A DNA stretch of 64,000 nucleotides from Eledone cirrhosa. Its lineage: Eukaryota. The notes below the pieces were generated by a model. That model was not told where the DNA came from, did no database searches, and saw nothing but the letters and a program-made list of their open reading frames with translations. The stretch lies in contig OZ024744.1 in the NCBI GenBank assembly GCA_964016885.1, positions 115,630,001 through 115,694,000 on the forward strand. The letters are read 5' to 3'. Position numbers and translations under genes: made by a program. This document shows positions 44,701 through 55,549 of the stretch, one piece after another (within the stretch, counting starts at the first letter, position 1; every line of letters begins with the position of its first letter).

Positions 44701-47700
44701 TGTCTCTCTCAATCATATAACAGTGTCTCTCAATCATATAATAGTGTGTCTCTCATATAACAGTGTCTCTCTATCATAAAACAGAGTCTCTCTCTCATAT
44801 TACAGTGTCTCTCTTATATAATAGTGTCTCTCTCTCGTATAACAGTGTCTCTCTCATATAACAGTGTCTCTCTCATATAACAGTGTCTCTTTCATATAAC
44901 AGTGTCCCTCTCTCATATAACAGTTTCTATCTCTCATATAACAATGTCTCTCTCTCATATAACAGTGTATCTCTCATTTAATAGCGTCTCTCTCATATAA
45001 CAGTGTCTCTCTCATATAACATTGTCTCTCTCATGTAACAGTGTCTCTCTCATATAACAGTGTCTCTCTCTCATGTAACAGTGTCTCTCTCATATAACAG
45101 TGTCTCTCTCTCATATAACAGTGTCTCTCTCATATAACAGTGTCTCTCTCTCATATAACAGTGTCTCTCTCATATAACAGTGTCTCTCTCTCATATAACA
45201 GTGTCTCTCTCATATAACAGTGTCTCTCTCATATAACAGTGTCTCTCTCATATAACAGTGTCTCTCTCTCATATAACAGTGTCGCTCTCTCATATAACAG
45301 TGTCTCTCTCATATAACAGTGTCTCTCTCTCATATAACAGTGTCTCTCTCATATAACAGTGTCTCTCTCATATAAGAGTGTCTCGCTCTCATACAACGGT
45401 GTCTCACTCATATAACAGTGTCTCCTTATCATATAACTGTGTCTCTCTCTCATATAACAGTGTCTCTCTCATACAACAGTGTCTCTCTCATATAACAGTG
45501 TCTCTCTCTCATATAACAGTGTCTCTCATATAATAGCATCTCTTTCATATAACAGTGTCTCTCTCTAATATAACAGTGTCTCTCTCTCATATAACAGTGT
45601 ATCTCTCATATAACAGTATATCTCTCTCATATAAGTGTCTCTCTCATGTAACAGTGACTCTCTCATATAACAGTGTCTCTCTCTCTCATATAAAAGTGTC
45701 TCTCTCTTATACAGTGTCTCTCTCTCATATAACAGTGTCTCTCTCATATAAGAGTGTCTCTCTCATATAAGAGTGTCTCTCTCTCATAGAACAGTGTCTC
45801 TTTCTCATATAATAGTGTCTCTCTCATATAACAGTGTCTCTCTCATAAAACACTGTCTCCCTCATATAACAGTGTCTCTCTCTCATGTAACAGTGTCTCT
45901 CTTATATAACAGTGTCTCTCTCTCATATAACAGTCTCTCTCGTATAGCAGTCTCTCTCTCTGTCATATAACAGTGTCTCCCTCTCATATAACAGTGTCTC
46001 TCTCTCATATAACAGTGTCTCTCTCATATAACTGTCTCTCATATATAACAGTATCTCTCTCTGTCATATAAGAGTGTCTCTCTCTCATATAAAAGAGTCT
46101 CTCTCATATAACAGTGTCTCTCACTCATTTAACAGTGTCTCTCATGTAACACTGTCTCTCTTATATAACAGTGTCTCTCTCATATAACAGTGTCTCTCTC
46201 TCATATAACAGTGTCTCTCTCTCTTATAACAGTGTCTCTCTCATGTAACTGTCTCTCATATATAACAGTATCTTTCTCTGTCATATAAGAGTGTCTCTCT
46301 CTCTCATATAAAAGAGTCTCTCTCATATAACAGTGTCTCTCTCGCATATAACAGTGTCTATCTCATATAACAGTGTCTCTCTCATATGACAGTTTCTCTT
46401 TCATATAACAGTGTCTCTCTCATATAACAGTGTCTCTCTCATATAACAGTGTCTCTCTCTAATATAACAGTGTCTCTCTCATATAACAGTATCTCTCTCT
46501 CATATAACAGTGTCTCTGTCTCTCATATAACAGTGTCTCTCTCTAATATAACAGTGTCTCTCTCATATAACAGTGTCTCTCTCATATAACAGTGTCTCTC
46601 TCTCATATAACAGAGTCTCTCTCATATAACAGTGTTTCTGTCTCATATAACAGGATCTCTCTCATATAACAGTGTCTCTCTCATATAACAATGTTTCTCT
46701 CACATATAACAGTGTCTCTCTTGCATATAAGTGTCTCTCTCATATAACAGTGCCTCTCTCATATAACAGTATCTCTCTCATATAACAGTGTCTCTCTCAT
46801 ATAACAGTGTCCCTCTGTCATATAACAGTGTCTCTCTCATATAACAGTGTCTCTCTCATATAACAGTGTCTCTCTCGCATATAACAGTGTCTCTCTCATA
46901 TAACAGTGTCTCTCTCATATAACAGTGTCTCTCTCTCACATAACAGTGTCTCTCTCATATACCAGAATCTCTCTCAAATGACAGTGTCTCTTTCTCATAT
47001 GTAAGTGTCTCTCTCTCATATAACAGTGTCTCTCTATGTAAGTGTCTCTCTCTCATAAAAACGTGTCTCTCTCATATAACAGTCTCTCTCATGTAACAGT
47101 GTCTCTCTTATATAACAGTGTCTCTCTCTCATAACAGTGTCTCTCTGTCATGTAACAGTGTCTCTCTCATATAAGAGTGTCTCTTTCTCATATAATAGTG
47201 TCTCTCATATAACAGGATCTCTCTCTCTCATAAAACACTGTCTCCCTCATATAACAGGGTCTCTCTCTCATGTAACAGTGTCTCTCTTATATAACAGAGT
47301 CTCTATCTCATATAACAGTCTCTCGTATAGCACTCTCTCTCTCTCTCATATAACAGTGTCTCTCTCTCATATAACAGTGTCTCTCTCATATAACAGTGTC
47401 TCTCTCATATAACAGTTTCTCTCTAATATAACAGTGTCTCTCTCTAATATAACAATGTCTCTCTCTAATATAACAATGTCTCTCTCAATCATATAACAGT
47501 GTCTCTCAATCATATAATAGTGTGTCTCTCATATAACAGTGTCTCTCTATCATAAAACAGAGTCTCTCTCTCATATTACAGTGTCTCTCTTATATAATAG
47601 TGTCTCTCTCTCGTATAACAGTGTCTCTCTCATATAACAGTGTCTCTCTCATATAACAGTGTCTCTTTCATATAACAGTGTCCCTCTCTCATATAACAGT

Positions 47701-48800
47701 TTCTATCTCTCATATAACAATGTCTCTCTCTCATATAACAGTGTATCTCTCATTTAATAGCGTCTCTCTCATATAACAGTGTCTCTCTCATATAACATTG
47801 TCTCTCTCATGTAACAGTGTCTCTCTCATATAACAGTGTCTCTCTCTCATGTAACAGTGTCTCTCTCATATAACAGTGTCTCTCTCTCATATAACAGTGT
47901 CTCTCTCATATAACAGTGTCTCTCTCTCATATAACAGTGTCTCTCTCATATAACAGTGTCTCTCTCTCATATAACAGTGTCTCTCTCATATAACAGTGTC
48001 TCTCTCATATAACAGTGTCTCTCTCATATAACAGTGTCTCTCTCTCATATAACAGTGTCTCTCTCTCATATAACAGTGTCGCTCTCTCATATAACAGTGT
48101 CTCTCTCATATAACAGTGTCTCTCTCTCATATAACAGTGTCTCTCTCATATAACAGTGTCTCTCTCATATAAGAGTGTCTCGCTCTCATACAACGGTGTC
48201 TCACTCATATAACAGTGTCTCCTTATCATATAACTGTGTCTCTCTCTCATATAACAGTGTCTCTCTCATACAACAGTGTCTCTCTCATATAACAGTGTCT
48301 CTCTCTCATATAACAGTGTCTCTCATATAATAGCATCTCTTTCATATAACAGTGTCTCTCTCTAATATAACAGTGTCTCTCTCTCATATAACAGTGTATC
48401 TCTCATATAACAGTATATCTCTCTCATATAAGTGTCTCTCTCATGTAACAGTGACTCTCTCATATAACAGTGTCTCTCTCTCTCATATAAAAGTGTCTCT
48501 CTCTTATACAGTGTCTCTCTCTCATATAACAGTGTCTCTCTCATATAAGAGTGTCTCTCTCATATAAGAGTGTCTCTCTCTCATAGAACAGTGTCTCTTT
48601 CTCATATAATAGTGTCTCTCTCATATAACAGTGTCTCTCTCATAAAACACTGTCTCCCTCATATAACAGTGTCTCTCTCTCATGTAACAGTGTCTCTCTT
48701 ATATAACAGTGTCTCTCTCTCATATAACAGTCTCTCTCGTATAGCAGTCTCTCTCTCTGTCATATAACAGTGTCTCCCTCTCATATAACAGTGTCTCTCT
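38760..48800 (+). repeat. ~2.8-kb higher-order repeat, about 3.5 copies (further partial copy at ~50330-51430)
   Basis: Identical ORFs at 39885, 42779, 45555 and 48352 (offsets 2894, 2776, 2797), at 44361/47137 (2776) and at 48570/51195 (2625). Shared variants include AATCATAT, TTTAATAGCG, ACAACGGTG, CCTTATC and TAGCATC. Confidence 0.9.
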
Positions 48801-51800
48801 CTCATATAACAGTGTCTCTCTCTCATATAACAGTGTCTCTCTGATATAACAGTGTCTCTCTCTTACACAGTGTCTCTCCCATATAACAGTGTCTCTCTCT
48901 CATATAACAGTGTCTCTCTCTCATATAACAGCGGATCTCCCATATAACAGTGCCTCTCTCTCATATAACAGCGTCTCTCTCATATAACAGTGTCTCTCTC
49001 TCATATAACAGCGGATCTCCCATATAACAGTGTCTCTCTCTCATATAACAGTATCTCTCTCATGTAACAGTGTCTCTCTATCATAAAAACGTGTCTCTCT
49101 CATATAACAGTGCCTCTCTTATATAACAGTGTCTCTCATATAACAGTGTCTCTCTCATATAACAGTGTCTCTCTCATATAACAGTGTCTCTCTCATATAA
49201 CAGTGATTCTCTCTCATATAACAGTATCTCTCTCTCATATAACAGTGTCTCTCTCATATAACAGTGTCTCTCATATAACAGTGTCTCTCTCATATAACAG
49301 TATCTCTCTCATGTAACAGTGTCTCTCTATCATAAAAACGTGTCTCTCTCATATAACAGTGCCTCTCTTATATAACAGTGTCTCTCATATAACAGTGTCT
49401 CTCTCATATAACAGTGTCTCTCTCATATAACAGTGTCTCTCTCATATAACAGTGATTCTCTCTCATATAACAGTATCTCTCTCTCATATAACAGTGTCTC
49501 TCTCATATAACAGTGTCTCTCTCATATAACAGTGCCTCTCTCTCATAAAACAGTGTCTCTCTCATATAACAGTCTCTCTCATATAACAGTGTCTCACTCT
49601 CATATAACAGTGTCTCTCTCATATAACAGTGTCTCTCTCATATAACAGTGTCTCTCTCATATAACAGTGTCTCTCTCAAATAACAGTGATTCTCTCTCAT
49701 ATAACAGTGTCTCCCTCTCATATAACAGTGTCTCTGTCATATAACAGTGTCTCTCTCATATAACAGTGATTCTCTCTCATATAACAGTGTCTCTCTCTCA
49801 TATAACAGTGTCTCTCTCATATAACAGTGTCTCTCTCATATAACAGTGTCTCTCTCTCATAAAACAGTGTCTCTCACTGATATAACAGTGTCTCTCTCAT
49901 ATAACAGTGTCTCTCTCATATAACAGTGTCTCTCTCATATAACAGTGTCTCTCTCATATAACAGTGTCTCTCTCAAATAACAGTGATTCTCTCTCATATA
50001 ACAGTGTCTCCCTCTCATATAACAGTGTCTCTCTCATATAACAGTGTCTCTCTCATATAACAGTGATTCTCTCTCATATAACAGTGTCTCTCTCTCATAT
50101 AACAGTGTCTCTCTCATATAACAGTGTCTCTCTCATATAACAGTGTCTCTCTCTCATAAAACAGTGTCTCTCACTGATATAACAGTGTCTCTCTCATATA
50201 ACAGTGTCTCTCTCATATAACAGTGTCTCTCTCTCATATAACAGTGTCTCTCTCTCATATATCAGTGTCTCTCTCTCATATAACAGTGTCTCTCTCATAT
50301 AACAATGTCTCTCTCTCATATAACAGTGTCTCTCTCATATAACAGTGTCTCTCTCTCATGTAACAGTGTCTCTCTCATATAACAGTGTCTCTCTCTCATA
50401 TAACAGTGTCTCTTTCATATAACAGTGTCTCTCTCTCATATAACAGTGTCTCTCTCATATAACAGTGTCTCTCTCTCATATAACAGTGTCTCTCTCGCAT
50501 ATAACAGTGTCTCTCTCTCATATAACAGTGTCTCTCTCGCATATAACAGTGTATCTCTCTTATAACAGTGTCTCTCTCACATAACAGTGTCTCTCTCTCA
50601 TATAACAGTGTCTCTCTCATATAAGAGTGACTCTCTCTCATATAAGAGTGTCTCTCTCATATAACAGTGTCTCTCTCATATAACAGTGTCTCTCTCATAT
50701 AACAGTGTCGCTCTCTCATATAACAGTGTCTCTCTCATATAACAGTGTCTCTCTCTCATATAACAGTGTCTCTCTCATATAACAGTGTCTCTCTCATATA
50801 AGAGTGTCTCTCTCTCATACAACGGTGTCTCACTCATATAACAGTGTCTCCTTATCATATAACTGTGTCTCTCTCTCATATAACAGTGTCTCTCTCATAC
50901 AACAGTGTCTCTCTCATATAACAGTGTCTCTCTCTCATATAACAGTGTCTCTCATATAATAGCATCTCTTTCATATAACAGTGTCTCTCTCTAATATAAC
51001 AGTGTCTCTCTCTCATATAACAGTGTATCTCTCATATAACAGTATATCTCTCTCATATAAGTGTCTCTCTCATGTAACAGTGACTCTCTCATATAACAGT
51101 GTCTCTCTCATATAAAAGTGTCTCTCTCTTATACAGTGTCTCTCTCTCATATAACAGTGTCTCTCTCATATAAGAGTGTCTCTCTCATATAAGAGTGTCT
51201 CTCTCTCATAGAACAGTGTCTCTTTCTCATATAATAGTGTCTCTCTCATATAACAGTGTCTCTCTCATAAAACACTGTCTCCCTCATATAACAGTGTCTC
51301 TCTCTCATGTAACAGTGTCTCTCTTATATAACAGTGTCTCTCTCTCATATAACAGTCTCTCTCGTATAGCAGTCTCTCTCTCTGTCATATAACAGTGTCT
51401 CCCTCTCATATAACAGTGTCTCTCTCTCATATAACAGTGTCTCTCTCATATAACAGTGTCTCTCTCTCATATAACAGTGTCTCTCTCATATAACAGTGTC
51501 TCTCTCTCATATAACAGTGTCTCTCTGTCATATAACAGTGTCTCTCTCATGTTACAGTGTCTCTCTCATATAACAGTGTCTCTCTCTTACACAGTGTCTC
51601 TCCCATATAACAGTGTCTCTCTCTCAAATAACAGTGTCTCTCTCTCATATAACAGCGGATCTCCCATATAACAGTGCCTCTCTCTCATATAACAGCGTCT
51701 CTCTCATATAACAGTGTCTCTCTCTCATATAACAGCGGATCTCCCATATAACAGTGTCTCTCTCTCATATAACAGTATCTCTCTCATGTAACAGTGTCTC

Positions 51801-53340
51801 TCTATCATAAAAACGTGTCTCTCTCATATAACAGTGTCTCTCTTATATAACAGTGTCTCTCATATAACAGTGTCTCTCTCATATAACAGTGTCTCTCTCA
51901 TATAACAGTGTCTCTCTCATATAACAGTGATTCTCTCTCATATAACAGTATCTCTCTCTCATATAACAGTGTCTCTCTCATATAACAGTGTCTCTCTCAT
52001 ATAACAGTGTCTCTCTCTCATAAAACAGTGTCTCTCTCATATAACAGTCTCTCTCATATAACAGTGTCTCACTGTCATATAACAGTGTCTCTCTCATATA
52101 ACAGTGTCTCTCTGTCATATAACAGTGTCTCTCTCATGTTACAGTGTCTCTCTCATATAACAGTGTCTCTCTCTTACACAGTGTCTCTCCCATATAACAG
52201 TGTCTCTCTCTCATATAACAGTGTCTCTCTGTCATATAACAGCGGATCTCCCATATAACAGTGCCTCTCTCTCATATAACAGCGTCTCTCTCATATAACA
52301 GTGTCTCTCTCTCATATAACAGCGGATCTCCCATATAACAGTGTCTCTCTCTCATATAACAGTATCTCTCTCATGTAACAGTGTCTCTCTATCATAAAAA
52401 CGTGTCTCTCTCATATAACAGTGTCTCTCTCTCATATAACAGTATCTCTCTCATATAACAGTGTCTCTCTCTAATATAACAGTGTCTCTCTCATATAACA
52501 GTGTCTCTCTCATATAACAGTGATTCTCTCTCATATAACAGTATCTCTCTCTCATATAACAGTGTCTCTCTCATATAACAGTGTCTCTCTCATATAACAG
52601 TGTCTCTCTCTCATAAAACAGTGTCTCTCTCATATAACAGTCTCTCTCATATAACAGTGTCTCACTCTCATATAACAGTGTCTCTCTCATATAACAGTGT
52701 CTCTCTCATATAACAGTGTCTCTCTCAAATAACAGTGATTCTCTCTCATATAACAGTGTCTCCCTCTCATATAACAGTGTCTCTCTCATATAACAGTGTC
52801 TCTCTCATATAACAGTGATTCTCTCTCATATAACAGTGTCTCTCTCTCATATAACAGTGTCTCTCTCATATAACAGTGTCTCTCTCATATAACAGTGTCT
52901 CTCTCTCATAAAACAGTGTCTCTCACTGATATAACAGTGTCTCTCTCATATAACAGTGTCTCTCTCATATAACAGTGTCTCTCTCATATAACAGTGTCTC
53001 TCTCATATAACAGTGTCTCTCTCAAATAACAGTGATTCTCTCTCATATAACAGTGTCTCCCTCTCATATAACAGTGTCTCTCTCATATAACAGTGTCTCT
53101 CTCATATAACAGTGATTCTCTCTCATATAACAGTGTCTCTCTCTCATATAACAGTGTCTCTCTCATATAACAGTGTCTCTCTCATATAACAGTGTCTCTC
53201 TCTCATAAAACAGTGTCTCTCACTGATATAACAGTGTCTCTCTCATATAACAGTGTCTCTCTCATATAACAGTGTCTCTCTCTCATATAACAGTGTCTCT
53301 CTCTCATATATCAGTGTCTCTCTCTCATATAACAGTGTCT
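48800..53340 (+). repeat. Terminal domain of satellite A with nested 80-, ~250-, 297-, ~590- and ~3050-bp repeats
   Basis: GCGGATCTCCC at 48931/49011, 51655/51735 and 52242/52322; CATAAAAACG at 49082/49331; CACTGAT at 49875/50172 and 52924/53221. Confidence 0.85.
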
Positions 53341-53636
53341 CTCTCATATAACAATGTCTCTCTCTCATATAACAGTGTCTCTCTCATATAACAGTGTTTC
53401 TCTCTCATATAACAGTGTCTCTCTCATACAACAGTGTCTCTCTCTCATATAACAGTGTCTCTCTCATATAACTGTATCTCTCTCTCATGTAACAGTGTCT
53501 CTCTCATATAACAGTGTCTCTCTCTCATATAACAGTGTCTCTCTCATATAACAGTCTCTCTCTCATAAAATAGTGTCTCTCTCATATAACAGTGTCTCTC
53601 TCATATGACAGTGTCTCTCTCATATAACAGTATCAG

Positions 53637-53648
53637 TCTCATATGAGA
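53637..53648. other. Inversion junction; 12-bp perfect palindrome TCTCATATGAGA
   Basis: ...cagtatcagTCTCATATGAGAgaggcactg...; the forward and reverse arrays share the self-complementary ATAT of the monomer, with no intervening spacer. Confidence 0.95.
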
Positions 53649-54539
53649 GAGGCACTGTTATCTGAGAGAGACACTGCTATATGAGAGAGACACTGTTATA
53701 TGAGAGAGACACTGTTATATGAGAGAGGCACTCTTATATGAGAGAGACACTGTTATATGAGAGAGAGGCACTGTTATATGAGAGAGACACTGATATATGA
53801 GAAAGAGACACTGTTATATGAGAGAGACAGTTATATGAGAGAGAGACACTTTTATATGAGAGAGAAACTGTTATATGAGAGAGAATCACTGTTATATGAG
53901 AGAGACACTCTTATATGAGAGAGAAACTGTTATATGAGAGAGACACTGTTATATGAGAGAGAGACACTGTTATATGAGAGAGACACTGTTATATGAGAGA
54001 GAGACAGTTATATGAGAGAGAGACACTTTTATATGAGAGAGAAACTGTTATATGAGAGAGAGACACTGTTTTATGAGAGAGAGAGACACTGCTATATAAG
54101 AGAGACACTGTTATATGAGAGAGACACTGTTATATGCGAGAGAGACACTGTTATATGAGAGAGAGACACTTTTATATGAGAGAGACACTGTTATATGAGA
54201 GAGACACTGTTATATGAGAGAGACTCTGTTATATGAGAGAGAGACACTGTATATGAGAGAGAGACAGTGTTACATGAGAGATAGACACTGTTATATGAGA
54301 GAGTCACTGTTATATGAGAGAGACACTGTTATATGAGAGAGACACTGTTATATGAGAGAGAGACACTGTAATATGGGAGAGAGACACTGTTATATGAGAG
54401 AGACACTGTTATATGAGAGAGATACTGTTATATGAGAGAGAGACACTGTTATATGAGAGAGAGACACTGTTATAAGAGAGAGAGACACTGTTATATGAGA
54501 CACTGTTATATGAGAGAGAGACACTGTTATATGAGAGAC
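53643..54539 (-). repeat. Satellite A in inverted orientation (~0.9 kb)
   Basis: Reads ATATGAGAGAGACACTGTT repeatedly, the reverse complement of the A monomer, with the same 19/21-bp length variation. Confidence 0.98.
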
Positions 54540-54573
54540 GCACTGCAATCGTTTATATCTTTGGTACACAAAA
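54540..54573. other. Short non-repetitive linker between inverted satellite A and satellite B
   Basis: GCACTGCAATCGTTTATATCTTTGGTACACAAAA matches neither monomer over its length and was not seen elsewhere in the window. Confidence 0.9.
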
Positions 54574-55549
54574 CAGACATAGAGACACTGACATAGAGAC
54601 ATAGAGACATAGACATATAGACAGACATAGAGATACTGACATAGAGACATAGACATAGAGACATAGACATAGAGACATAGACATAGAGACACTGACATAG
54701 AGACACAGACATAGAGACACAGACATAGAGACACAGACATAGAGACATAGACATAGAGACATAGAGACATAGAGACACAGACATAGAGACACAGACATAG
54801 AGACACAGACAGAGAGACATAGACATAGAGACATAGAGACACAGACATAGAGACACTGACATAGAGACATAGACATAGAGACATAGACATAGAGACATAG
54901 ACATAGAGACACTGACATAGAGACATAGAGACATAGAGACACTGACATAGAGACATAGACATAGAGACACAGACATAGAGACACTGACATAGAGACATAG
55001 ACATAGAGACACAGACATAGAGACATAGCCATAGAGACATAGACATAGAGACACAGACATAGAGACACTGACATAGAGACACAGACATAGAGACACAGAC
55101 ATAGAGACACAGACATAGAGACATAGACATAGAGACATAGACATAGAGACATAGACATACAGACGCAGAGACACTGACATAGAGACACAGACATAGAGAC
55201 ATAGACATAGAGACATAGACATAGAGACATAGACATAGAGACACAGACATAGAGACACAGACATAGAGACACAGACATAGAGACACAGACATAGAGACAT
55301 AGACATAGAGACATAGACATAGAGACACTGACATAGAGACACAGACATAGAGACACTGACATAGAGACATAGACATAGAGACACAGACATAGAGACACAG
55401 TTATAGAGACACAGACATAGAGACATAGACATAGAGACACAGACATAGAGACATAGACATAGAGACACTGACATAGAGACACAGACATAGAGACACTGAC
55501 ATAGAGACACAGACATAGAGACATAGACATAGAGACACTGACATAGAGA

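Larger units (their letters stand above)
1..53642 (+). repeat. Satellite A: tandem array of CATATAACAGTGT(CT)n monomers (mostly 19 and 21 bp; 17 and 23 bp variants), open at the left window edge
   Basis: Directly visible: uninterrupted repetition of CATATAACAGTGTCTCTCT / CATATAACAGTGTCTCTCTCT with scattered substitutions (CATGTAAC, CAGTATCT, CAATGT, CTTATA, etc.). No unique spacer sequence was seen. Confidence 0.99.

Noticed and set aside
106-52258. Dozens of 60-93 aa ORFs (YERETLL / SLSHITV / SLSYNSV repeats)
   Set aside because: These are translations of runs of 21-bp monomers on either strand that end whenever 19-bp units shift into a stop frame. They were used only as markers of duplication offsets.
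1-53642. CRISPR-like array (constant CATATAACAGTGT separated by variable DNA)
   Set aside because: The variable part is only (CT)n of a few bases; there are no unique 25-45 bp spacers, leader or cas genes.
1-53642. TATA-box-like ATATAA / TATAAAAG motifs as promoters
   Set aside because: They are part of the monomer or single-base variants repeated many times, with no downstream gene.
53000-54540. Foldback or Tc1-type transposon with CAGTG-starting inverted repeats
   Set aside because: No transposase remnant, no defined outer ends or target-site duplication in the window, and the arms are grossly unequal. Cannot be supported here.
54541-54576. RSS-like arrangement CACTGCA ... ACAAAACAG in the linker, and CACAGTG heptamers in some A variants (e.g. 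~48866)
   Set aside because: The spacer is 20 bp rather than 12 or 23, both motifs match poorly, the array heptamers have no nonamer, and there are no V/D/J-like segments.
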